This document shows positions 1-13,703 of a DNA stretch of 64,000 nt, one piece after another. Origin of the DNA: Mizuhopecten yessoensis. Its lineage: Eukaryota. The DNA is taken from positions 839,695-903,694 of the forward strand of contig NW_018405619.1 in NCBI RefSeq assembly GCF_002113885.1. Direction: 5' to 3'. Position 1 is the first letter of the stretch. Each line of letters starts with the position of its first letter. The notes beneath the pieces were generated by a model. That model did not search any database. It had not been told where the DNA came from and saw only the letters and a list, made by a program, of their open reading frames with translations. Made by a program: the position numbers and the translations under genes.

Positions 1-345
1 ACAGCACACACACAATTTATCAGTATTTACGAGAGTGTCAAAATTAATCTTCACGTAAAAAAATTGCGCTGGGCCACCAGATGTGGTTCGTTATCTGAGG
101 GAATACTGTACCTATCAGGTAGACTGGGACAGACAGAGAGGGTTTGTATAGGATATACAACGACCCCACTATTTACACAGATCAACCCTATCTATCAATA
201 CAAACTCATTTATTACACATCACAGTGTGAAATTACAATATCAGTTCTATCTGGCTGGTACATCAGGGCAATAATATCACCATTGAAAATCCTGTTTCCA
301 AATTGAAGGACTAGATAGAGAAACCTTGTTAGTTATAGATGCTGA

Positions 346-490
346 AGGTTTCTGTTTACAGTAAAACCTGTAGTCCAGACATTTCCAGGTTTCTGTTTAC
401 AGTGAAACCTGTAGTCCAGACATTTCCAGGTTTCTGTTTACAGTAAAACCTGTAGTCCAGACATTTCCAGGTTTCTGTTTACAGTGAAAC
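346..490. repeat. 41-bp tandem repeat, about 3.5 copies
   Basis: aggtttctgtttacagt recurs at 346, 387, 428 and 469. Confidence 0.95.
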
Positions 491-576
491 ATGTGTACCT
501 TAGTTCTGACATTTTCAGGTATTTCATTTTTTCCTGTTTGGAATATATATCAAGCGTTCATATTGCATTATCTCAC

Positions 577-700
577 CTGTGTATTGAACCTAGAAGCGAC
601 CTTGCGATTACGCCTCCGTAAAACAGGCGCCTTTGATGGGGCTTTCTTCTCCTGCTCCTTAAGGTTTGAGAAAAGCTTCACTTTCTCTGCTAGGCTACAT
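577..700 (-). CDS. SVIL: Supervillin coding exon (last in window; 124 nt, phase 2 to 0): (R)CSLAEKVKLFSNLKEQEKKAPSKAPVLRRRNRKVASRFNTQ
   Basis: Acceptor tctgttacag at 701-710 and donor gtgaga at 576-571. In frame with the exon ending at 11354 (AG+A=Arg). SLAEKVKLF...RFNTQ resembles the vertebrate supervillin 'SLAEKLALF...RYQTQPVT' segment (recalled from memory). Confidence 0.9.
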
Positions 701-810
701 CTGTAACAGAAAACATGGATTTTAGCCTCATTTTACAGCTTGTTTACACTCGATCATATTGTAAAACCAAATGACACCAATATTGAAAGATTGCAATGCT
801 TTTCCCAATC

Positions 811-901
811 TTAACTCATTCACCCCTGAAGACACATTTGAACTGTTCCAATTGAAAGGTTGGAACAGTTCATTATGAAATTTCAGGGGTGAATGAGTTA
901 A
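811..901 (+). mobile_element. About 90-bp TTAA-flanked MITE (family 1), intact copy
   Basis: Termini ttaactcattcacccctgaa ... ttcaggggtgaatgagttaa are a perfect inverted repeat. There is also an inner 13-bp inverted repeat. Confidence 0.9.
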
Positions 902-2040
902 ATCACATTTCAATGCATACTCAATGCTAACTATGGACAGCTTTCAAATAGAGTACACCTTGCTGAATGGACTGAAGGGCATTATAAGGAGGTTTTATGC
1001 TGTAGCTCATTTCCAGTTTTGACATAAATTATTTGAAAACCGAAGTTCCTCTTATATTTGCTATGACAGAAGACAGCAGGCAGATCAAACGCTGTTCTAC
1101 CAGGAAGAGAAAGTCCCGAAAGTGACGTACACATCATATTTCAAATAGTAAACAAACATCAGATGGTAAGTTACTGATCTGAAAGAAAAAAAGATCTTAG
1201 GTAAATGTTTACAATCTATAAAAGGAAGGAAAGTATGCAATACATATGTCGTCAGGCGGAACAATTGAAATACATAGGCGTCATTTACATTTATACATGA
1301 ATATGGAAATGTTTGACCATATCATACATATAAGAACAGGTTTTTGTAGATTGCTGCAAGGAAAGTGTGAAATGTGCAATTTTTGTGATGTCATTGATTT
1401 ATGTGTATGTCATTGATTTTTGTGATGTCATTGATTTATGTGTATGCAAATCATGTACAATGTAATTATGCCAAACATAACATTCAGATTTTGTGTGCAC
1501 CTGTCACATGCACATTATGTGTGTACTTGACTGCATTACAAACACCACAGGTAGTTAATGTGTAAAACCTGTTACCATTTATCTGTTCCATAAATGAATT
1601 AAACAGATCTGGTACCAAGGTACATAATATTTTCCAACCTATTACAATTTTACACGTTATAAGGAAAGTATTTTTTGGGGGTGATAAATTGGTGCACCGT
1701 AAGTAACAGTAATAATGTACACTCGTTATATGGCACAAATCTGGCACACAATTACAGGGAATCAGTATAACACAACTGCACACGCTCTGTTATTGAACTA
1801 TTGAAGCTAACTTTGTATAGATCTTCATACTGGCCACCCTAGTTTATTATCTACACCTAGTACGTATAAATTATAGGTACAATTAGTCTCATACATGTCC
1901 TCGACACCCGATGTTTCCAGTACTTGGGTTGTAATATGTTTCCGTTGGTATTCTTTGGAGATGTTATTGTTTGTTTGTTCAGAAACCTACCTGTATACTG
2001 ATTAACCTGTTATTACTTCATGCTATAATCTGTAATGTTC

Positions 2041-2237
2041 CACTGAAAACCAGGAAATTTTCGCTCAGTCAAATGTTCACCCTGCGCCGGTAAAACTCAT
2101 GTTAACCCAGTTTAATTGTGCCCCTTCATTTTTCTTAACCATTCATATTATGTTGCTTGCTAAAATTTGCAGTAATGATAAATTCGCCCTCATAACAAAG
2201 GGCGAAAGAAGAGAAAGTGATTTCCTGGTCTGCAGTA
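2041..2237. mobile_element. About 190-bp MITE (family 2), inverted relative to 22616-22795
   Basis: Shares ttttcgctcagtcaaa, cgccggtaaaa and gtaatgataaatt blocks with the reverse complement of 22616-22795. CTG...CAGTA-type ends. Confidence 0.7.
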
Positions 2238-2249
2238 TATATATACAGA

Positions 2250-2700
2250 TGTACAACATTAATATAATTTGTGATAATCCTTACAGTCTTGTTATAATTT
2301 ATTTTTAAACTTTGTGATAATCCTGTCATTATCTAAATCTTTGTAAGGACATTCTTTTAACTATGTGATAATTCTGTATTTATAAACTTTATGATAATTC
2401 TTAATTTTACGATAATCTGACCTTAATGTGATAATCCAGTCAGTTTCTCCTTAAACGATGATATCCCTCTCCTTAAACTTTATGATAATTAATCCTTAAC
2501 TTTGTGATAATCTTTACCTTAGTGTGATAATCCCGTCAGTTTCTCCTTAAATAATGATATTCCCTCTCCTAAAACTTTATGATAATCCTGTCCTTAAACT
2601 TGATGATAATCCACAATTAAATCCTTGCACTTGTGATGCTATTCTTAAACTATTGAAATATCCTTAATCTTAAGTACATTTGACTTTGTGATGATAATTT
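2250..2700. repeat. Degenerate tandem repeat with a tgtgataat(cc) core
   Basis: Many tt(t/g)tgataat motifs at irregular spacing. Confidence 0.75.
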
Positions 2701-3532
2701 TCCGACAACTCTGTAATACTCTTTAGGCTTTATGGTAAAACCTCCGTTTGACATAATCGTACAGATTCTATGACAAGCTGTCAAACCCGATCCTTTCTAC
2801 CGCGTAAGTGTTAAAAAATGACTATACTAAAGAGTCCTTCAAACACATTTTTTTAAAAGCCAAAGTTGACCTTTGCTATCAGAGGTCACAATCATCGGGT
2901 ACAGATCCATAACGACTTATAAATAGCACTACTCCACAATGCTCCTACGTCAGAAGTCTCAAACCTGTTACAGAAAATAATTCTCCGAGAGTGGATATTG
3001 TAAACGATAAACAGCCACATGCCGTCACCTCATTATTTTCGCTGTTCAATTTCAGTATTAAAATCACCGAAGCATAGAACCATACACAGGGACATTCATA
3101 AAATCACTGTTATGGTACATTATCACGATAATGGAGGGTTTTATATGGCCCTGTCATAACATTTTACTGCATTCGTTTTTCTATTAAACTTAAACACAAC
3201 AAGTATTTATGTATTCATTTTCTCTGCAGTGATATTTATATACGACTATGTAACCATATAACTATCACAAACACATCAGTGTTGATAAAGGCAGAAAAGG
3301 TCTATCACGGAGTACATGTTGTGTTACTATAAGTAAACAAATAATGGAACAGTGACTTGCATATATCTGGAAAGAAGTTTCAGATATCTACATGTAGGCT
3401 TGCACTCAACCTTACTTCATTCATTTACCCCTTACGAAGTCCATGATATCTACTTTTAGCATTCAGCCCATTTCCTCGTCCTAGGAATTTAACTGTCAGG
3501 AGTTTACAACCAACTTGATACCCAGTCAAAGA

Positions 3533-5062
3533 TATCTACCTGTATCAATCACCCTACCTGTTCCCTGGTCCCAGGCATCTAGTATTCACCCACATCGTAC
3601 CTATAGTCCTTGCCCATCTAACTGTAGTGTTCACCCTACCTGGTCCCTATAGTCCTAGACATCTACCTGTATGGTTCACCCTACCTGGTCCCTATAGTCC
3701 TTGCCCATCTACCTGTAGTGTTCCCCCTACCTGGTCCCTATAGTCCTAGACATCTACCTGTATGGTTCACCCTACCTGGTCCCTATAGTCCTTGCCCATC
3801 TACCTGTACTGTTCACCCTACCTGGTCCCTATAGTCCTTGCCCATCTACCTGTACTGTTCACCCTACCTGGTCCCTATAGTCCTTGCCCATCTACCTGTA
3901 CTGTTCACCCTACCTGGTCCCTATAGGCCTAGACATGTACGTGTAGTGTTCACCCTACCTGGTCCCTCTAGTCCTAGACATGTACCTGTAGTGTTCGCCC
4001 TACCTGGTCCCTATAGTCCTAGACATGTCCCTGTAGATTTACCCTACCCGGTCCCTATAGTCCTAGACATCTACCTGTATGGTTCACCCTACCTGGTCCC
4101 TATAGTCCTGGACATGTACCTGTAGTGTTCAACCTACCTGTTAACTATAGTCCTAGACATCTACCTGTATGGTTCACCCTACCTGGTCCCTATAGTCCCA
4201 GACATCTACCTGTAGAGTTCACCCTACCTGGTCCCTATAGTCCTAGACATCTACCTGTATGGTTCACCCTACCTGGTCCCTATAGTCCCAGACATCTACC
4301 TGTAGAGTTCACCCTACCTGGGCCCTATAGTCCTAGACATGTACCTGAAGTGTTCAACCTACCTGTTAACTATAGTCCTAGACATCTACCTGTAGTTTTC
4401 ACCCTACCTGCAGGTCCCTATAGTCCGAGACATGTACCTGTAGTGTTCAACCTACCTGGTAACTATAGTCTTAGACATCTACCTGTAGTTTTCACCCTAC
4501 CTGCAGGTCCCTATAGTCCTAGACATGTACCTGAAGTGTTCAACCTACCTGTTAACTATAGCCCTAGACATCTACCTGTAGAGTTCACCCTACCTGGGCC
4601 CTATAGTCCTAGACATGTACCTGAAGTGTTCAACCTACCTGTTAACTATAGTCCTAGACATCTACCTGTAGAGATCACCCTACCTGGTCCCTATAGTCCT
4701 AGACAGGTACCTGTAGTGTTCACCCTACCTGGTCACTATATAGTCCTAGACATCTACCTGTAGAGTTCACCCTACCTGGTCCCTATAGTCCTAGACATGT
4801 ACCTGTAGATTTACCCTACCCGGTCCCTATAGTCCTAGACATCTACCTGTAGAGTTCACCCTACCTGGTCCCTATAGTCCTAGACATGTACCTGTAGTGT
4901 TCACCCTACCTGGTCCCTATAGTCCTAGACATGTATCTGTAGATTCCACCCTACCTGGTACCTAGTCCTAGACATCTACCTGTAGAGTTCACCCTATCTG
5001 GTACCTAAATACAAGATAATCTACCTGTAGCGTTCACCCTACCTGGTACCCAGATATACCTG
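3533..5062. repeat. 45-bp minisatellite, about 33 copies (acctgtagtgttcaccctacctggtccctatagtcctagacatct)
   Basis: Directly visible tandem array with degenerate edges. It explains ORFs 3838..4125 and 4125..4763. Confidence 0.97.
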
Positions 5063-7212
5063 TGACTTCAACCTACCCTGTACATTCTCAAAACTATCTT
5101 ATAATGAGACTTTATCTTCTTTACTGTCCTATAAAGTCTAAGATATCTTCCTGTGATTCCGCCTTTCCTTGTACTTGATTAGATAGCTACCTATTACAGT
5201 ATAGACCATCCTACCTTATATAGAGATACTGACTGTGTAATAACTTATACCTACACTACTTACTTGTGACGTTTAGTACAAGACTTACCTGTGACAGTAG
5301 TCCAACCTGTTACACGCTCAGATCCTACCTAACTAATTGTGAACAACAGGAAGTTGAATGCGTGTGTGCCTGATATACATAAAACACCCGTCAATAAGAC
5401 CGACAGGGGTATGTCACTTGACTGCTCCCAACTTGAAGAGCAGGTTTCCATAATTCGCTACCTCTGATCCCGTCACAAAAAGAACTAGGTAACGATGAGC
5501 CGATGATAAGATCAGGAATTGAACACCACACCATGCTTTGATAGCATACAAGTAAAACCAGACAAACACAGATAATGAGAAATACTTTCTGAACTGTTTT
5601 GCAGGGAAATGTTTGTGGCAGGGGTCTATGTAATTTTAACCTGTTGTAATCAGAAACGTGTTTGTTCTTGAACAAACTATTGGTCCCTATATATATATAT
5701 GATGTTCATATTTAAAGAATTTATGTAATATTTATGTCGGTATTGTCCTCTGAGTACTCTGTTGGAGACACGCTTATACATAGGTTTGTTTCAGAACTTT
5801 TAAGTATTTTTGTTGGTATTCTGATGTTAATCTTAGAGACAGGGGGAACACAGTGATAATTCTACACACAAGTCCCAAGTCCTTTACTCATAGAATTTTG
5901 ATTGAAATAAATTGTAGATTGCATGATCACACTGGTACAATAATAATCATTTTAGTATCTTAACGTTTCATATTACCAGGTATGGTCAGGTCTTAGGATT
6001 ACCCTAACACTCTACAGTAGAGAAATATATACGTATGCATATTGCTGAGACACTAAAGAATATACTGTTGTCTGTAATTACATACGTCGTATAAAATGAC
6101 ACTCCTCCTTTGATATGTTTAGGTTACACAATAACCATCCCTAATACGTTTATCACAGCTCTACCAAACACTCCCGCAAAAACTCTATTTTGATTATGAG
6201 ATGAGAGTTCTATGTAAGGTTTAAGAGCAAGTGAAAATGGGAAGAGATCGCCGGCTGGGGCTACAAATAAGAATTTTGAGAGGGATTGAAAAACGTTTAG
6301 GAGTTCTACTGTATTAATATCTCTGTAATATTCATTAAGTTATCTGAAAGGTGTATCTATACCATGAAAATATTACTGATAAATAATATTTAACTGGAAA
6401 TATCAGATTAAAATGTTAATAACTTCATTAATGAAATTTGGCAGGTGTAATGCAATTATAATACGTACCTAAAATGATTGACTTTAGATTTGTGAAACAT
6501 AACATTGTTATTTTTTACTGACATATATACTTTACTATGTGTACTGTAGATTTCCTCAACAGAAAATAGTCACCAGACAATTAACCCACGCATACCTCAT
6601 CCCTGATGTCACATTGTCATACACTGATTAGCATCATAAACTAATTAGCATCAGGTGTAAATATAGACCTGAATCATTGGTTTGTGTACCTGTACAGTAT
6701 TTTCTAATGAACCTGTGTCCAATATTCGTTATGTATACCCTCCCCCTACACTGCTCCACATATATAACCCACATACTGGGGGAGCAAGGTTGTTTATTAC
6801 CACCAGTGATTACACCAAACCCAGTAGTTCTAATTAAAGCCTGGTTATCTTGACAAGTATCCAACACAATTTTCTATGTACTTCACTTGCTGTTTTCAAA
6901 GTCTGCTTAGCTTTACTGCAAATTAATGTAAATTTTGAAGAAAGAAATTTCACAATTAAACAACTTATTCACAAATTTTGGCTACCCATCGGAATTATAA
7001 ACACAGTGCAAAAAGTGTTATAATTTTGAGGAAAATAATAAAATACTTTTAAAAGCATTAAGCTAACAAGGCCTTTGATGTGGAGTGGACAATGTGATAT
7101 ATATCTTCTGTCAGATGGCTTAGTGGGTCAGCTATGATATAACCACAGGGTTATTAATTAATAAGTCTGTTATCATGTTCATGAAAATCTTGTGGGTTTT
7201 TGCCTAACGTCT

Positions 7213-7303
7213 TTAACTCACTCACCCCTGAAGACACATTTGAACTCTTCCAATTCAAAGGTTGGAATAGTACATTATGAAATTTCAGGGGTGAATGAGT
7301 AAA
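7213..7303 (+). mobile_element. MITE family 1 copy
   Basis: ttaactcactcacccctgaagacacatttgaac...ttcaggggtgaatgagt. Confidence 0.88.
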
Positions 7304-7955
7304 CCATCTTTCACAAGTCTACCAGAAATTCTCACAGAATATTATGGACTCATCAAGTATCTATTTTCCAAGATAAATTTTTCTTTCTCATCAAGTTGAG
7401 CTGATAAATTTGAAGTTTATAACCCAATGATTTCTTCAATAGGTGTAATTTGTTATTATATCCCTGTACTTTTACAGCATAAAACAAGTAGTTATCAGTA
7501 CAATAAACAAGATAGGTGGTATTCTTTAATTACAGTATTCATCAAAGCTATTAAGGAGGTATTAAAATTTTGTAATATATTTGCTAAACACATTATTTTA
7601 TGAACAAAGGCCTTATTATATCACCACTCAAAAGGTCAAACCCTCCATCCAATTTCACAGCTCATAGCCTGAATATATGCATATTAAGGATTTGTAACAA
7701 TTTTCATTGATAAAACTTGTGACTGCAGTATGTTATAGCTTGAATATTGATATCACAAATAATTGACTTATTTTCAGGGGGAAAGTGACCTAGCTAAAAT
7801 TATATTTAAGGGGGTATGTGACCTAAAATTACTTATCTATCATAGTTACCTAAGCTACCATGAATATGTATAAGATCATACTTATCCACCAAAAAGTCCA
7901 TGTCTAGTGATAAGCCTATCCAGATCTGTTGCAGTTCATAAATATTCAACAAATG

Positions 7956-8177
7956 CCCCCCCCCCCCCCCCCCCCCCCCCCCCNNNNNNNNNNNNNNNNN
8001 NNNNNNNNNNNNNNNNNNNNNNNNNNNNNNNNNNNNNNNNNNNNNNNNNNNNNNNNNNNNNNNNNNNNNNNNNNNNNNNNNNNNNNNNNNNNNNNNNNNN
8101 NNNNNNNNNNNNNNNNNNNNNNNNNNNNNNNNNNNNNNNNNNNNNNNNNNNNNNNNNNNNCCCCCCCCCCCCCCCCC
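7956..8177. other. Assembly gap (N run 7984-8160) flanked by poly-C
   Basis: Ns with C homopolymer on both sides. Confidence 0.98.
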
Positions 8178-9211
8178 GGGCGTATTAAAGGATAAACATG
8201 GTAACACATGGAATGGAACTCCTATCAACTGCATTTTGTAATATGAATCTTACTACATTTGCATGTATTATAATTTCTTAATATTTACAAGGGGCCTCAC
8301 AGATCCCTTATCAACAGTTTTCCCAAACTGAATAATGAATGGTGAACATATATTTCCATATATATACTTTCTAAAGGCGTAAGGGGCCTTAAACATGGTA
8401 CCCTTTCTCTATCACAGTCTGTAAATCTGACGAAAGTATTGCCTGATCCACACCTGTTTTCAGAAAAAATCACTATCAGTATCGCAGTCATTATTGATTT
8501 CAAAGTGTGTACGGGGCACTGTAATGGATCGTTTTTCTGTCTTAAATGAGTGTAGCTGGATTATATACCAGGTTGAATAGTTGAATATTCATTTGTAACT
8601 CTGTAAGGGATGGTCCATCTTTTGTTTGTAAATGTGTGTATAAAACAGGAATAGCCAAGGTCGTACAAGGTCGTACAAGGTCGTAAAATACACACTAGAT
8701 TTTGATGGGTAGGAAGTGTCGACTTCCTATCTAAACTATCGGGTTAGTAAACCACAAGGTCAAAATCTAGTTATACATCTTACACGCTCCAGCTCCTCAA
8801 TCTCATTAGTTAGAACACATTATACAAACCTGCTAGCATTAGTATAATAGATGTCATTCAGTAAATATCTCTAATTTCTTTAATTCATGCAAACTTTGAA
8901 AAAACCTTCAAACAGTTAAAAGTCCTCTTCAACATAGACAAATATTGTAAAATGCATAAGTATTCTACGATTATTATTTAAAATCCACTTCATTCAAGCC
9001 AACTAACTATTTGCATACAAACTGCTTGTGATCAAGTACTATGACTTATACATATATGATGCAATGCTATTTTACCTAAACTGATTATTAAATTAAATTG
9101 AGTGTGAAGATATTGTTATTTATTTTCAATGATGCAATTCAAGGTCTGGTTTGCCTTTTAGTATTTTCTTTTATATATAGTAATTACAACCTCATGATGA
9201 AAAGTTCTTCT

Positions 9212-9301
9212 TTGACCCGTTCACCCCTAAAGTCACATTTGAACCTTACCAAATCAAAAACGGGGCAGTCCAGTTTTGATATGTAGGGGTGAACGAGTGA
9301 A
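9212..9301 (+). mobile_element. MITE family 1, diverged copy or subfamily
   Basis: ttgacccgttcacccctaaagtcacatttgaac...taggggtgaacgagtgaa, same length as the intact copies. Confidence 0.75.
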
Positions 9302-11353
9302 GATATTCATGAGCTATCTACAAGTTCCCTTAATGTGACTAAATTCTAATCAATCTAGCTTTTCTAAATCCAGTATTAGCTATTTCAGGTCATAGGTTTT
9401 CTTATTTAGTGACATTCATTTTATGATGAGGATTATTGTAATATCAGCCAATCAAAATTAATAAACAATAAAGTTCTAGCTGTTTAAGGCTACTTACTCC
9501 AAGGGCAATCTGGTAAACAAGGGGAGATAATTAACACAATATCAGGGTAAACAACTATGATGAGACCAGTCAAAAGAACACATTACAATATCCATATAAA
9601 TAGAAACAGCTGCAATGAACTTAAAAATGTAACATCTGACGGAAATATGAGAAGAAATAAATTTATGTAGTATTTGTTGCGTTTATAATGATCTGTAAAA
9701 GTCAATAAACACACTGTAACATGACTACATATCCCCATCTGGTACAACGTATTACATACAGGAGCTTATGATATTTTTTATATTGATATATATCCAGCTG
9801 TGCAATCTATTGACTTAGTCTAGAAAGGGTCCCCTATATATAAGGAGGAAAACACTGATATTGAATAGAGTAAACAATACACACATGTTTACCGTTCTAA
9901 TCAGTACTGGGAACAGGTTTCCCTTTCAGAAATACATGTAGAATTACCTGCGCAATCATTTTGTTCCGAGTCATTAGTGCAGCGAATTAATATCCAGGTA
10001 AATGGATTTCCTGTGTTTTACAACACTGACTTTCACTACTTACACAATCCTGTGCAGTTTCTAATATACACTAGCATACCATCCCAACATGTACTGTATA
10101 CACACAATACACCGGTCAACTTGATAGGGGCTTTCCTGTCTGCATGTCACATGACCTACAACTACTGGAGGTCAAAGGTCAAATTGAACTGAGATTTTGT
10201 GGTTGTAAAAGTACCTGAATAATAGTCTTTTCCATAAAAGTGGCTATTTACATTGTTGATAAATAGTGGGTGGGTGTGTATTATAGTCAGTTCCAAAATT
10301 GCAATGGCAATGTGAATTATACACATGGTCAACTCCTATTAAATTAGCACTCATGTCCTAATGGTCAACAGGAAATGGCCAGAGGTCATCCTCATTATGC
10401 CACAGGTTACAGGTCATTTAACTGCTATTAATCTAATTGTAAGGTTTCTCAACACATAAATGTTACTTATAGGGGGTCGTCAACTTTCTCATAACAGCCA
10501 GTTACATTTATCAAACAGGTTAATAGGTACCTGTATAAGGCCTCAGAGATACTAATGACCTCTTAAACCTCCAGTTTATACTGACCTCTATCCGACCTCA
10601 CAGTGATCAGAGCCCCTGAGAGGACCAAGAATCAGACACAAAATTCAAAATGTAAGTTCAAAAACAATTTCTCTTGGAAATCAGACTGATTTTGTAAGGT
10701 GAAATTACTATGTGAAATTTCAAATGATACTAATTATAAGAACACCTACACTGCTTTTAGACTTTCCCCCTAAAATATTTAATTATTTAGAAAAAATGAA
10801 CTCTAATAATTTTGATCACTTGGATGTCTGATTCTTAAGTTCTAAACTAGGGGGAGAAAAGCTAGTAGTAAAATGCAGTCGGGAAATTCTTCATAAAAAC
10901 TTAGGGGCTGCAATTGCAGGTAGCCAGTCTACACTGACATCAACAGTCACAGCTAAGTCACACTTCTGTCTGACAAATAGCAAAAGCTAAACCTAAATAT
11001 GCATAACATTTTCACAATTCTAGATGATTACAACAATGATTGGTCTCTTTCTTGTGATATGTAATCTCACATTTCATCAAACATGCAAACCAGGTTTTTT
11101 TCTCACCATAATTTCCTGATGACAATTTGTCAGTTTCATCCTTCATAAACCTTACAAACTATGTGCCACATCCCTATTTAGTAACTTCATACTCCCTGTA
11201 TCCAATACCTCAACCACATGCTACACCGACCCCATAGAAACACAAAAAAAATCATGCTAATGGCAGCTAACATGTACAGCTCCTGAAAGCATTCGTAACA
11301 AAACCAACCAATGAAATACCTGCAGCTATCACATGCATATATTGTCTACCCAC

Positions 11354-12049
11354 CTGGAAACGTCCCCCTCATCAGATTCATTGCCTGCTTGTGGTTTCCC
11401 CCCATCCTTCTCCTTATCGTCTTCTTTCTCCTCTTTCTTGTAATCTTTCTTCTCCCCGTCTGCCTTTTCCACCCTTTCTTCTGTCCCTTCTGTCCCTTCG
11501 TCGCCCATGGTTGCGGCTATTTTTACCTCATCTTCTGTTACGGGTTGTGTCCTTGACCTTTCCCGTTTCTTCCTGTCAATGTATCGCTTTGCCCCACTTG
11601 CTGACTTCGACTTCTCTTCAATTTGTTGCTTAAACAAAGAAGCTTTCGCTGATACACTTAGCCTAGCTGGGTCGTCTTCATTCAGATCGGTTTCCAAACT
11701 GAGACTTCGTAAACTGTCCGACATTTTGTCCCAGATTTGGGAGTCAACTTCAACGTCAGAAAGAATTCCAGAATCTGTTTTTGAATCCCGATTTCCGTTA
11801 CTATCCTTTTTAGTTCTGAAGGTCACAAGTTCACCTGTTTGACCTTCTGGAATGGCGCTCAATTCTGCTGCAGTTATTGGAAGTGTTTTGTGTCGATCTT
11901 TTCTCGACTTTTTCGGTTTTAAACGATGATACGGATGAGGAAACTCAGTCTTTTTGGTGGGAAGTGATTTTGGTTTTTGGTGTTGCTGGAACACATTTGT
12001 TGATGCTTTACGAAGCACTTCGGCACGAAATGCTCTCACCGATTCTAAA
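11354..12049 (-). CDS. SVIL: Supervillin coding exon (696 nt, phase 2-2): LESVRAFRAEV...DPARLSVSAKASLFKQ...RSRTQPVTEDEVKIAATM...GDVSR
   Basis: Lies inside ORF 11329..12123. Acceptor cttacag at 12050, donor gtgggt at 11353. LSVSAKASLF and RSRTQPVTEDEVKIAAT resemble vertebrate supervillin LSVAAKRLLF and RSLTQPITTEEVVIAAT (recalled). Confidence 0.92.
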
Positions 12050-12324
12050 CTGTAAGCAGTTAGGGAGAAAGAAAACAACAAAATAAATATATACATACAA
12101 AAACAACATCTAACATGCAACATCTGGGGAAACAGAAATGAAATGAAAAATTAAGCATGGATAACCAATTCCAGAGAAATGTCAGAAGTTGAGTTTGATA
12201 GAACTGATGTTTGATACGGCGGCCATATTTGATCAAAGTTGTGTGTTTTAATTAACTGATTCTAATTCGTGAAAGAGTCATAATTTCAGTTCATCGATTT
12301 TCATCAAATGTCCATTAGTACTGA

Positions 12325-13305
12325 AACAAGAGGCCCATGGGCCTTAACGGTCACCTGATATATTTATACAGAGAGTTGATTTTGTTTTTAACACGAACAG
12401 AAATATTATTCAGTGACAAAAAACAATAAAACCACCTTATTCAATATCTAGCATACAGATTTAAAACTAAAAAGTATTTGAAACTAGCACCTCTGATTCT
12501 AAACAAGAAAAAATAAAGAAATTTTAGCACACTGACTCCTTTGGGCCCCACCCTACAGCCCTTGGGGGTAGGGCTGGCTCAAACTTTTCAAAGTATCAAA
12601 CTGACAACTCAGGGTTATAATTCAAATCAAGTTATTAACATGTAATATTCAAAGTAGCATTTGCCATTATAAACCATAATAAATTTTGCCCCCCTCCCCC
12701 TCCCTCCTTCCCCAGGGGGTAAACATGAGCCCCTAGGGTCATAAACCTTAAGACCCTTCCATCTATGAAGAGTGTTTGATTCTACCATATCTGGGTCTTT
12801 GAGAAGATTTTTTTTTTGAAATTTCAGTCAATTCAACCCTTTTTTGCCCCACCCAGCAGCCCTGGGGGGTCAGGCAGGGCTTATATGTGCATACCATCAA
12901 ACTGCTATCCAATACTGATAGTGCTAACTCAAATTGAATTACTTCCAATGAAAATTAAACAAATGTTGGTCCAAAATGTGATTTCCCTATATAAACTATA
13001 GTAAAGTTTACCCCCTCCCCAGGGGTAAACGTGAGACCCCAGGGTAAAAAAAATCACAATTTTGGTAGAGCACCTTAAGACCCTTCCATCTATGAAGAGT
13101 GTTTGATTCTACCATATCTGGGTCTTGAGAAGAAGATTTTTGAAATTTCAGTCAATTTGATCCTTTTTGGCCCCGTTCCTCAGGCCCCTGGGGGCCGGGG
13201 ACCAAACCGGCAACTATTTTTGTTGACCTTTGGCCATGGAAGGTTTCTGCAAAATTTCATTGAAATTGGTTCAGGGGTTTTGGAGAAGAAGTCTATTTCA
13301 GGTAC
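12325..13305 (+). mobile_element. Non-autonomous Helentron-type (HINE-like) element with internal direct repeats of about 327 bp
   Basis: The 5' end aacaagaggcccatgggcc...tcacctga and the gagaagaagattttt / ggttttggagaagaag motifs resemble bivalve HINE-type repeats (recalled). A repeat block occurs at 12746 and 13073. Confidence 0.65.
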
Positions 13306-13703
13306 ATGACTTTTGACATTAAAGAAAGACGTCATCTCAAAAATATTTTCTGAACTTCAATAAAAAAATCTGACAACTTCCAAAAGCTATTTATACCAGA
13401 TGACTCATTAAATTCTGGTTATTCTACTTTGTTTTAATTGAAACAGAACTTTGAATTAGAAATTAAAGTAAGTCATTTTAATAACTTTTATCATTCTTTT
13501 CCACAGACCAAACGTCAAACAATAACAGAATACAAGAAAGATCGTGTAGTAATCTAGCAAAATGACTCGAGCCATTCAGGGTCATGAACCGAACCTTGAA
13601 TATCTCATAAGAGTTAATTGTAAAACTGTGCTTACCCTTAGAAGTTCTCCAAGAGATCAAACTTTTATCCAAGAACATTTTACTCCACCCCATCCCTGAC
13701 TAT

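Noticed and set aside
3838-4763. 95-aa and 212-aa repetitive ORFs (FTLPGPYSPRHLPV)
   Set aside because: A by-product of a 45-bp (15-codon) minisatellite. They have non-ATG starts, frameshifting units at about 4030 and 4740, and lie antisense inside an intron.
7833-8234. Poly-Pro and poly-Gly ORFs
   Set aside because: Artefacts of the N gap and the flanking poly-C.
11311-11842. Plus-strand ORFs overlapping exons (also 24260..24568)
   Set aside because: Antisense shadows of genuine minus-strand coding exons.
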